DNA of 63,527 nt, the filler included, from Aduncisulcus paluster (lineage: Eukaryota): the NCBI GenBank assembly GCA_024181965.1. It is 21 parts of 21 records of this genome, joined end to end, with 100 filler letters (N's around TTAATTAATTAA, not from the genome) between each part and the next. Parts side by side here need not be neighbours in the genome. Positions count along the whole stretch, not along the records: positions 10,458 to 17,503 come from BQXS01012223.1; positions 17,604 to 19,042 come from BQXS01012224.1; positions 19,143 to 24,273 come from BQXS01012225.1; 18 more parts are not named here. The stretch is one strand, 5' to 3'. The notes under the pieces were generated by a model that saw only the letters and a list, made by a program, of their open reading frames with translations, was not told the origin of the DNA and did not search any database. A program made the translations under genes and the position numbers. How positions within the stretch are numbered: position 1 is the first letter of the stretch; each line of letters begins with the position of its first letter. Positions 10,458-21,574 of this stretch are shown one piece after another.

Positions 10458-12987
10458 TATCAAGTTCCTTCTCTTGCTCGAGACGATCAATTTCCTCTTG
10501 TTTCCTTTGTTTCTCAAGGGCTATCTTTTCTTCGAGTTCCTTGTTGTGCCTTGCAACTTCCTCTTCCTGCCACACGGCTAGCTGTTTCACCCGCTCTTCC
10601 TCACGTATCCTCAGTTCCTTATTCTTTTCCTCCATACTTCTCTCATATGCACGAACTTGACGCTCTCTGTCCTCAAGATCGAGATCACGCTTCTCCATGG
10701 TTTCTCTGAGACGCCACAGCTCCATTCGTTCATTTCTAACCTTCTCTTTTTCTTCTTCAAGCTGTTGTTCCAGCTGAGCCACCATGCCCATCTTTCTAAC
10801 TTCAGCGTCTTCTTCCAATCGTACATGATCGATCTCCTGTCTGTATTCTCTTCTAACCTCCTGTTTGATCTCATCCCTGAGGCTCTCACGCAAATCCTTG
10901 ATGATAAGACGTTCTCTCTCCAATTCGTCACGAATAACAGCCAGTCGTCCTTCTTCATCACTCAAGCGCATCGCATAGTCTTCCAGGACCTTTTGACGCT
11001 CATTATTCTGTTGAACAAGCTGTGTTTGAGCAGCAACAACGGCAGCCACTCCTTCTTCGACTTCCGTGACCTGCCCACGTCTCTCTGCCAATGTGTGTTC
11101 TTGTGTTTCAAGCTCATCGAGTCTGGAACTGAATGCTTCCTGGGCATTGTTGATCGTGGACTCCTTCTGTTTAGCTCGTTCGAGCATGTATTCAAGTTTC
11201 AATTCATTCATGGTCTTCTTCTGAATGGTTTCTCTGAGTTCTATCACGGTCTTCTCAAGCTCAACACACCTTTTCTCTGTCTGTGAGACGTATTGCATCA
11301 TCTTTTTTTGTTCGACAGTGTACATTTTCTTCGATCCTTTCGATTTCCCCGTCTGGCCTCTTGGAGATTGCAATGGGGAATGTGGTGAAGAGTGAGTGTA
11401 GAATGCCGGATCAGTGGGAAGATCAGATTCGGCCGTATCAGTAGAAATTCCCTTGCTTTCCCGTGCACTCAATGCAACACTGTGAGTATGGGATGAAGAC
11501 AGGGGAGATGGCACCGAATCTACAATCATAGCAGACCCATTAACAGCTGAATGGTCATCGACATCAGGAATGGGGGCAGTATTCTTGGCTATGCTCTGTG
11601 AACGATACAAAAGGGATCCAATTCCAGCTTCATCTTTGGCTTCAGCCTCCTTGAGCATCTCGACTCGAAGAAGGTCAAGGTCTCGACGATAAGCGGCTAT
11701 TGTCTTATGAGCCTCTGAGAGTTCAAGCTTTAATTTCCTCTCTTCTTCCTCGAGGAATTGATTACTTATCCTCGTTTGTGTTGAGGTTTCGCGGGTACTT
11801 TCTGTGGAGAATAATTTCATCCGCAACCGTCTAATCTCGGCTTCAAGCTCCATAATAAGCTCACCGCTTCCACCAGCTGCCTGTTTTTCAAGATTCTTTA
11901 GTCTATGTTCGGCCTGGGAATTCTTATCTTCAGATTCTTTTAATTGGTGCTCAAGATCAGATACCATTCTCTGAAGCGAGATAATCTGCTCTTTCTGCTT
12001 CGAATGAGCAGTTGAGGATGTCTGAAGTTGTCCACTAAGAACCTCAACTTTATGTTCCAGGTCAATCTTTAACTTAACGAGTTCCTCGACCTGATCAACT
12101 TGGGAGTCGGAATCAACATGTTCTGTCTCACCTAAATCAGAAACTTCAGATTTCGAGGGATTGGAATCACCCAAAGATCGCCCTTTTTTCTTTGCAGACA
12201 CCTTGTGAAAGGAGACGCGAGCACTAGAACCATAAATTTGTTTGATTTTCTCTTGCATTTTCCTCTCCTTATCACGAACACGTTCGGCTGCCAGCGATGC
12301 CCGACTCCCACGCGACATTCCTGGAGTTCTGCGTGTTGAAGGAGGAACTGGGACAAGAGATGATCGAGAGGATGCCAGAAGGGAAGTAGACTTTGCAGCA
12401 GCAACCACAGCGGCGGTGGTTGTGGCCTGAAGGTTAGTAGGAGCTTGAAAAAATACTTGAGTGAGAACAGCATTAACGACTCGATTAATAGAACTTTGAC
12501 TGAATAGACTCTCTCCTGAAGGAACTGTAACAGTCTTTAAACGATGAAATATAACAGTTTTAACAAGTTTCCGCTGTTTTCCAGTGAGAATGACGAGAGG
12601 AGAGACATTGTCAGTTGATAATAAATATGAAGATGGATCAATAACTTTGATTTGTTGAGGTAATGCTTGTACTCGCTGTAAGGACGAAATAACTTCATGC
12701 CCAACAGAAGGTATAATAGTTTTAAGAAAAGAAGTATGATTTACCGAATAGCGATCCCATGAAAAATCACCTTTACATTTCTGAATAAATGAGTTCGCAA
12801 ATTCCCTGTTATAGAAAGTATATTAAAATCATAGACATAATAATAGTAAATTATAGCCAAAAATTGGAAAAATAAATAAGATAAACGGCCATAAGGAGGA
12901 AATGTAAAAAAAACCTATCCATTAAGAATAAACATACGCTTCAAGTGCAGTTTTAAAACCATCTATGATAGTCTTTGGTTTTTTCAT
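10458..12987 (-). CDS. Long coiled-coil protein, two exons, 3'-truncated
   Basis: Exon 1 is 12987-12938 (MKKPKTIIDGFKTALEA). Exon 2 starts at 12805 and stays open into the listed 668-aa ORF. Confidence 0.8.
12806..12937 (-). other. Spliceosomal intron (132 nt, phase 2)
   Basis: GTATGT...TATAACAG. Removal joins the ATG exon in frame and removes in-frame stops. Confidence 0.85.
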
Positions 12988-13149
12988 TATATATTATACT
13001 ATAAGATCTTTCGATCTTTCTTTCAGGTTTCGAAAAGCGAAATTTTTTCCAATTCTTGGAATCGAAGCCTTATAAACTCATAGAATGTTTATTTTCGAAA
13101 GAAAAAATCGCATTATAAAATAAAAATATACTTTATTTCACAATACAGA

Positions 13150-14353
13150 TCACCGTTTCGCGAGTTCGGCTTCAATCCTTCTATCGAAGTTCAAAATAAT
13201 CTCATCATCTTCAGTATAACATCCAGTTGCCATTAAATCGGCTCTAGCCTTTCTAATTTCTTCAACGGCCTGGGGTTCAGTTGATACAAACACAGATGGC
13301 ATATATGTTTGGCTCTGGCCAATTGATGTTGTATTAAAAGATACTGACTTCTGTCCCGATTCCCCTCTCAAGGGTCCATGATGTTGACCAACAGGATGAG
13401 GATGAGGAATTGGATGTTTTGGTTGTGGAGAAGGTTGGTGGAACCCTTCCTCTTCTAATTGCAAATCAATATCACCACGTAATTTTTTAATTTCAGCAGA
13501 TATCGATAACCGACCTGATGACTCAGATTCACTTTTCCCACCCGAAGGAGTGGAACCATGCCGACTTTCACCTATCACGCCATGAATTTGTTTCTTTTCC
13601 CATAGTTTTTGTGTCTCTTCTTCCAATAAAACCCGTTGTTTCGTAATATTGCTTAATTTCTCCTCTTCAAGCTCTCTTGCCATCCTGGCCATTGTTGTCA
13701 GAGTCTTTGAATGTTCAGCTCGTAATTTCTTGATTTCATCTTTGCTCATAAGCCATTTTCTCTCCATTTCAAAAGCTTTTTCCTCGGCTTCCCTTGCTTG
13801 TTTGCGAAGAACAGCCGCAGGACTTTCCATCTGCTCCTGTCGATATTGATCAAAATCAGCTTGAGTCTTATTTACCCTTTCATATGCAACTTCTAATTGT
13901 TTTTGAACAAATTTAAGTTGATGATCAAGTTGAAGACGAAGCATTTTTTCGTCTCTAACCTTTTTTTCACATTCTTTTTCTTTGTTCTGAAATTTGACTT
14001 TGGCCTCTTGTAATTGCTTTTCCCTCTCAAGTTCTGTCTTTTGATTCGTAATTTGAAAATCTTTTTCTAATTTTAAAAATCTTTTTCTTATTTTATCAAC
14101 TCCAGCGATGCTTTTTTCATATTGAGCCTTATCACGCTCTAGTATAGCAATAAAATTAGCTTTTTCCCTCTCAAGTTCAGCTTCCATCGCTTTTGACTGC
14201 ATTGCAAATCGATATTCTAACTCCCAAGCGAGGTTAATAGAAGAAGCCTAAATGAAACATAAATATATTGTTATATCATTATAAATCAGGCCAATCATAT
14301 GTTAAAATGATAAAAGTACATACTGATCTCATATCTGGTTTGAACTCATCCAT
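13150..14353 (-). CDS. CEP120-like centriolar coiled-coil protein (C-terminal module only), about 375 aa, two exons
   Basis: The C-terminus RADLMATGCYTEDDEIILNFDRRI matches the CEP120 terminal motif (RDTLMRTGVY..EDRII.ELDRQI). AWELE lies at the coiled-coil start. Exon 1 encodes MDEFKPDMRS. Confidence 0.7.
14248..14323 (-). other. Spliceosomal intron (76 nt, phase 0)
   Basis: GTATGT...CATTTAG, giving an in-frame join after codon 10. Confidence 0.85.
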
Positions 14354-14529
14354 TGCGGCAAGGAAATATGATCAAAAACATTTATTGTCTGCTACACTTT
14401 GCCCAATAAAACAATGTAATAGGAATATTAATTTTTAATCAATATTACTCTGATTTCCTGCATTTTTTCTTCATTATCATTTTATTTGAGAGGTATTTGA
14501 AGTTTTTTTCCTGATTACAACAATAGACA

Positions 14530-16847
14530 ATGCTTCTTGATTTGGCTTTCCCAAAAGAGAATACCCAAGTACCTCATGAACCCAAATCACATGATCCTAT
14601 AACTATAAAATTGAAAGAAGGAGAAGTATTGTCTATTGCCACTCCTTGCTTTAGAAAGAGAGTATTTTCGGAATTAGCCTTTCAAAAAAGGCTTTCAAAA
14701 CAGGGTAAATTAGGAGAAAAATACCCTACTGATTCAGGATCTGTAAAATCTCACGTCATTCTTCCCCTTCCAAATTATCATCCAAGAAGCATAGATTTTC
14801 TTAATAGAGATATTGTTATCATGTCATGTGGTGAATTTGCCACTGAGAAATTTAATGGTGCTCTTCTGTTTTATCATCTCAAAAATAGACATCTTGTTGA
14901 GCTTCGTCATTATTTTGGTGGGGCCAGGCATATTAAAATATTTAAGTGTGGTTTCAAACAACTATTAGTTGCAGCCTTCTCTGATGGAAAGGTTCGAATC
15001 GTTCAAATTCCCTCTGAAATCAATCTCTCAAAGGATGAAGTTACTAGGCGATTAAAGGAGATATCAAAGGGTGATATTGCTCCTGAAAAAGAAGACGATC
15101 TGGCATCTCCAAAATTACCACCATTCTGCCATACACTATCCAGACCATATCTCCTGTCCCCTCGTTATATTCGTGATAGTTCTGGAATCCTCGATCAACC
15201 CTCAGATTCTTCTGGAAAAGAAGAAGAAGCTACATCCATTGACCTTGATGTAATATTTGAAGTTGCTGAAGACGGAATATTCTTTACTTCTGCCGATGCT
15301 TTCACCCAGTCCGATGGGGTCATTCTACTTGTTGCTGGAACAGTCTGTGGGAAGTTATATATCTGGAGTGTCGATGCATCAAGTTTTATAGAAGATAAAA
15401 GGGAAAAAGAAGAAGATGATGAGGAAGAAGAGGAAGAAAAAGAACATAAAGACAAAGATCAACCAAGTTCTTGTATTTCTTCTCCCCTCTCAGGTATGTT
15501 AGTTGATGTACAATGTGGATTTGACTGCGTGTATGATCTCTGTATGTTGAATCATGCTTCCTCCGTTCCTCGAACTCCCGTTCACCCTGTGCAACGCTTT
15601 ATTCATCGAGGGCTATGTTGTGTCATGAGTCTTAATGGTGTTCGATGTGTAGATTTAACTACAGGAAGATATCTTATTGGCGGAGAGCGACAATGGATGA
15701 CATCTCGATGCGTCTGTCCAGTCTATCAAAGTTTATTATGGGAAAGTCGAGGAAGTGATGGTCGTGGTCGTCCCAAAAAGAAGAAAGAGGTTGTTAAATC
15801 AGTTTCTGAAACAAAATATACCCTCTTACACCCTACCTTTTTATCGAGTTCTGACACCGACACAGATCCGAGATCAATTTCTGGCTATATCAGTGGGTCT
15901 GACTATGGATCTGTCTATTTCCGAGCGATCTCTGGACTCTGTTCTCCGTCTCCATGTATTGAGGAAGATGTTTCTTCAATCCTCTCAAGCGAAGAGTTGG
16001 CTAAAGTCTCAAAACCGCAATCAATCGTTCCAAGTANNNNNNNNNNNNNNNNNNNNTTAAATCAGTTTCTGAAACAAAATATACCCTCTTACACCCTACC
16101 TTTTTATCGAGTTCTGACACCGACACAGATCCGAGATCAATTTCTGGCTATATCAGTGGGTCTGACTATGGATCTGTCTATTTCCGAGCGATCTCTGGAC
16201 TCTGTTCTCCGTCTCCATGTATTGAGGAAGATGTTTCTTCAATCCTCTCAAGCGAAGAGTTGGCTAAAGTCTCAAAACCGCAATCAATCGTTCCAAGTAT
16301 CTCTAACATCAAAGATGTTCTTGGATGTTATCCTATAGCTGCGTCGGCTGCTACTTCTCCAATCTTATCAGTAGCCCACCGAGATGGGATAGTTGTAAGT
16401 GGAAATGGCTCTGGTGGTGTCATAGTTTGTCTGCAGGCTTTTTTAACAAGGGACAAAACAACTTCACGAAATCGGGCAAAAGGTCTGGCAATGAAGGTTG
16501 TTGGGGCAAGTTCTAGAATCTGTCAGCTCATGCAGTTCACTCTACCTCTCCAAAAGAAGCTAACATCCGCTGTATCAAGTTCTGCCCAGTCTGGCACAGT
16601 ATCTGATGATTCCCAATTGAAATCCGATGCTCATCACCCTGTGCGAACCAGTAATTCCTCTGTGAGTCTGGTCCCATCCATTCGAACGACTTCTTCTCCC
16701 CACGAGGATATGAACGAGGGGGTTGCTGTCAATGGAGTCTGTGTTGAGACATATAGTGGAGGGTGTATTGTTGGAGCTATCTGTTCAGCTCAGAATATCC
16801 TTGTGCTGTCAAAGATTCAACTTCCATTTGCAATGAAAGATGAATAA
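14530..16847 (+). CDS. WD40-like beta-propeller protein with an AT-hook, possibly TFIIIC subunit GTF3C2/Tfc6-like (about 684 aa after removing the gap duplication)
   Basis: Joining 14530-16036 to 16300-16847 gives one frame. WD-like blades LLVAAFSDGKVRIVQIP and LVAGTVCGKLYIWSV; GRGRPKKK AT-hook. The specific TFIIIC call is tentative. Confidence 0.55.
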
Positions 16848-16859
16848 TTTATTGGAATA

Positions 16860-17503
16860 TTTGTTCCTGCCGCCTCCTCTGCCGTGTATGGGACGCGTTC
16901 TTCCGGTGTTCGTACCGGTCAGATGTCTGTGAGGGTGTCTGGACGGCATGTTGTTGACGACGATGAGCGTGGGTTTGAGAAGATGGGTTATGCGACTGAG
17001 TATGACGGTCTTGGTGGAGGGATGCTGATGTATGACGATGATGAGCGTCGTCGCCGTGAGGATGCTGCCCTTGAGTACGCCCTGCATCGTGAGCTCACAG
17101 ATACGACTCCCGATGAGCTCAACGTGGAGATGATGGATTCCTCGCAGCTTGCGTATGACCAGGACATGCTTCTTGAAGAAGACGATGAGGAGACGCTCAC
17201 TGTCGTCGAGTTCTCTGCTGCTTCGCGTCCTGAGTCGCGTGTTATGAGGCGTGGGAAGCGGGCGTCAAGCTCCCTGGGAGATGTGAGTGGGAGTGTCCGT
17301 CAACCGAGTGACCAAATGGATGTGAGTGATCTGTGACTCTTGCCGACTGTGAGTTTGCTCTCTCTGTGAGATGATCATGTGTGCATGGACACTCACTGTT
17401 TCCGTCACCCTCCCCAATGTAATCATTATTGCTGTTCTGTCATCTTGATCATTCAACAACCCGTGATGACTACCATCGGAAGTTTGTGTATGTCTCTTCT
17501 CGC
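16860..17503 (+). other. GC-rich segment with an acidic ORF (16884-17336), probably a repeat/mobile element fragment
   Basis: Abrupt composition and codon-usage change just after the upstream stop codon. No recognisable domain. Confidence 0.4.
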
Positions 17504-18246
17504 NNNNNNNNNNNNNNNNNNNNNNNNNNNNNNNNNNNNNNNNNNNNTTAATTAATTAANNNNNNNNNNNNNNNNNNNNNNNNNNNNNNNNNNNNNNNNN
17601 NNNCTCTTGGACATGCCCACCATGCCATATCTCGGTTCAGAAATGGATATTCATTCATCGAAAACTTAATAGAAACACTCGGTCAAGTTGTTTATACATA
17701 TTTATTCTCTCTTCTGTCATGGTCTTTCTTTTTATATTATAAATCAGGATTTTGTGCCATTGCTGTTCACTCATTCTGCAATTTCCTCGGCCTTCCCGAT
17801 GTCATGGAGTCTTTTTCTTTAGTTTCATGGAGAAAATGGATTTCTATCCTGGCCAATATCTTTGGACTTGTCCTATTTCTCTGGGTTTTCATTTCCGACG
17901 TTTGTTCCGAATTGCCGGCAATGTACTCCGTCGCAAAGATCGTAGATTCTATTGAATCTGTCAGTTTATAACATACATAGCATAATATATATGTCAATTT
18001 ACAACATTAACTTTCGAAAAATCGATTTCCTGTTTTCAATGCTAATTACAATTCTTTAAGAATAGTATTATTATTATTGCCCAGTTAGGTCAAATTTTTG
18101 AGCCAATTTTCATATTTTCATGCGATATTTAAAATAAATTCATGTGTAAAAAAGAAAATCTTGATTAGTCGCCCTAAAATACGATTTAGCAGAATAATTC
18201 AACTTTTATTAAAAATATAAAAAAAGTTATATATAATTTTCAAGTC

Positions 18247-19041
18247 TTATTTCTTCATAAATTTTACAAAAGCATCAATAAGGAAGATAATATGAACCAT
18301 CAGACAAATTCCAAGGAAAGTAAGACGAGAATCTTTTCTTTTTACAGCAAATGCCCCACAAGACCCTGTCAACAAAGTGTAAGCACAGTAATTCGACGAG
18401 GGACTTAAAGATACCGAAGTTATAGGGTCTCCCTGAACAATACCAGGAGAAAAAATATTTCCTCCATCTCGGGGACTTTGAACGGCCCCTATCTCGATCA
18501 TTTTGATTACTCCACCAATCCCCCCGATGCATATCGTTGGACTTCCATAGGCAGAGATAGTACCACACGTTGGTCGCTTTGTGATCAATTCTCTCGTTGA
18601 TTGCTGTGAAATTCCAATTCTAAGCTTTCCAGACACTTCTTCCAGAGAAACATTGAGGTTTAGCATCTTTCCTTCGGTGCCTATTATTGAGAATAAAGCA
18701 GCATTAGCCATTGTAAACTTATTAGATCTCCACATGGCTGTGCGGGGAATAAGATCTTTAAGCTTGAAGGCTTCAAATTGACAGGAAATTAAGACGCAAT
18801 CATCAAATTCTTCGATCTCTTGCTCCTCTTCTTCCTCGTCTTCTTTCAAATCTTTTTCTTCTCCATCCAAAGCCTTTTTATCACCCTTTTCCTTAGATTT
18901 TCCCTTCACACGAGAAGATTTGTGTGGAATAAGATGACATATACCCATTTCAAGTCTTCGTTGCGAGGCAGATTCTTCGCTGACAATAATCGCTGAAACG
19001 AATGATAAACCAAGATTTCCAATCGGAAAAGCTTTTAATTC
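18247..19041 (-). CDS. WD40-like protein with a C-terminal transmembrane anchor (Sec12/PREB-like topology), 5'-truncated
   Basis: Open to the contig end. PITSVSLSPSSNYCAY WD blade, then a hydrophobic TM segment and terminal KK. Confidence 0.55.
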   Translation of the reverse strand, partial: ELKAFPIGNLGLSFVSAIIVSEESASQRRLEMGICHLIPHKSSRVKGKSKEKGDKKALDGEEKDLKEDEEEEEQEIEEFDDCVLISCQFEAFKLKDLIPRTAMWRSNKFTMANAALFSIIGTEGKMLNLNVSLEEVSGKLRIGISQQSTRELITKRPTCGTISAYGSPTICIGGIGGVIKMIEIGAVQSPRDGGNIFSPGIVQGDPITSVSLSPSSNYCAYTLLTGSCGAFAVKRKDSRLTFLGICLMVHIIFLIDAFVKFMKK

Positions 19042-19571
19042 CNNNNNNNNNNNNNNNNNNNNNNNNNNNNNNNNNNNNNNNNNNNNTTAATTAATTAANN
19101 NNNNNNNNNNNNNNNNNNNNNNNNNNNNNNNNNNNNNNNNNNACTAGGAATCCCAAATAATCCCCTATCAACAATTGGAACAGTATTGATGTTTAAACAA
19201 ATATTTCAGCTGCTTCTTATGCATTTTCTGTTTCTGACTACTTCAAGTAGTCTACTTGCCATCCAGTCACTCAGACGTTGATAGATTCCAAATCTGATTC
19301 AAGGGAGAAGAGTAGTGTCCAAGGAAATTTATAGGATCGTGTCAGGTTTGGTATTGCCTTATCTTCAAGATAATATCTTGTGTGCCTCTTCAACATAAAT
19401 GGCTAAAGTAAAACACCATGTAATGTGTCCAAAAATACAGAATAACATTGGGATTTACAATTTTTAATCATATATTCTATTTTGAGAAGTAAATCATGAT
19501 ATAGAAATTCAATCTCGTCAGGATATGGTTTGGTAACTAATAGCCCGACAAACGCTTAATATTAGTTAAAT

Positions 19572-20952
19572 ATGTTAGCTATTCATTCCATTAGAAAAGA
19601 ATCAATCTTATTCACACTCCTTTTCGTTGTGTTATCAATAAGTGTCATAATATATTACACTCGAACAAGTAGTACTCTGTATATTGCTATAAATAGGATG
19701 TCAACATCAAATATAATTACAACAGTATGTTATTTTTGTTATTTTCCCAAGATTTTCATGTCATTTCCTTCATTCTTACCTTTTTTCTTCTTAGTTAATC
19801 TATTCGACAATAGGAGTTGTTCTTAACTTTATAAAATTGGTTATTGTAGATATTTTGTTTGGAGAAGTAACTCTTGAAATTGAATTAGCCTCTGAAATTG
19901 AACCACATTTGCTCATAATATTATTTTCCAATTTCCGCCTTGAAACCAAAAATATCCCTGACGCAGCTGTTGTCTTATACATGATGGTATGTTATTTCAT
20001 TTCTCAATTGTGTTTCCCCACAATTGCTGCGGGAAAGGCATTAACGAGAATTTCTGCCGATGGTCCCGTATTGACAGAGTCTGTTGAAGGCCGTACAAAA
20101 CTGAGAAGAGCACGTTTGCGTCTTGTTCGGTGTATTATTGGCTCAATATTTATTTTCTCCTCAATCTATTGGTTAGCTTTCTGTCGTCTTCTTCCGTTTG
20201 GAACTGTGTCGTGGTCTACACCAATGTTTTTCGATAATCCCGAGACTATTTTGGGACTATTTCCACTTCTTCTTGTAGGATCATCCAATCCACTTCCTAC
20301 AACTGCTCATTTTGTCATCAATGTGGCTTTTCTTTCCCTATGCATTTGTTCTGCAGGAATTTGTCAGTATATCTCTTCATTTGCTTGCACTCGTGCGAAA
20401 TCCATTGCCACTCGACACTTAATTCAGGGAGTTACCGCGATCGGTGGCCTTGTTTCGATGGGATTGGTCTCCTGTGTCCATTGGATTATCTGTTCCCAAC
20501 TAAGAGTGAGTGAGAATATGTTTCTTGTTGTTAGATGTGCATGCATGCTCCATTTTGCTGCTTTGTCATGTATTTCTGATCATATCAAATCCATTAAAGC
20601 CTACAGAAAGTGGCACAAGAGTCAGAGTGGAATTTTAAACCTCCCTGATGCTATTATTGATCATTCCGCTGCCACCAAGGGGAATAATAACGATGAATTG
20701 TTTGAAGTATGTCCAATTTGTTTTGGAGATATTGATGGAGAGATACCAGCTAAGAAACTATCTTGTGGCCACGTTATCCACACAGATTGTCTTCTAGACT
20801 TATTTTCTCATTCGTCAGAGTGTCCAGTTTGCAGAAAACCAATCAAATTCATTCAAAAACAGGCAGATGAGCTCATAATTTGTGAAGGAATGCTTGCTGA
20901 ACACGGATTAGATGGATTATTCAGAAATTTAGATGTTGATAATACCGTTTAA
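19572..20952 (+). CDS. HRD1/synoviolin-like multi-pass RING-H2 E3 ubiquitin ligase, about 436 aa, two exons
   Basis: Several TM helices, ILFGEV.LEIE (HRD1-like FFG.L...E.E), RING-H2 CPICF...LSCGHVIHTDCL...CPVCR. Confidence 0.8.
19725..19794 (+). other. Spliceosomal intron (70 nt, phase 0)
   Basis: GTATGT...TTCTTAG joins the 19572 ATG exon in frame to the RING ORF. Confidence 0.9.
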
Positions 20953-21574
20953 ATTCCACATAATATTATCAATTTTTCACATCTAAATCTACATTTTTGA
21001 TCATAACCAATGCAAAATTTTATCATTTTCCTCCATTATAACTTATAATAACAAAATTGAATTCACATGAAAGTTTCACCTATCCTGAATAAATGTATTA
21101 TTTGAATATCCGAGGTCGTATCTGTATTCTTAGTATCATTACAAAACTACTTCACTTGGAAAATAATGTGGAATGTTTCCCAGTAAGTTGATAAATAACC
21201 AGAGTGTATTATCGCTTTTTCTGATCATAAATGGAAATTTAAGAAATTGAATTTGTTGTTATCTAGTAGTTTATTGAAGAATATAAAATTCAATAAGTCA
21301 TATACCTCCCTAATAATTACTTAATTTATTTCTTGAATTTTTGAGCGNNNNNNNNNNNNNNNNNNNNTGGAAAATAATGTGGAATGTTTCCCAGTAAGTT
21401 GATAAATAACCAGAGTGTATTATCGCTTTTTCTGATCATAAATGGAAATTTAAGAAATTGAATTTGTTGTTATCTAGTAGTTTATTGAAGAATATAAAAT
21501 TCAATAAGTCATATACCTCCCTAATAATTACTTAATTTATTTCTTGAATTTTTGAGCGAGGGTTCATATATCAC

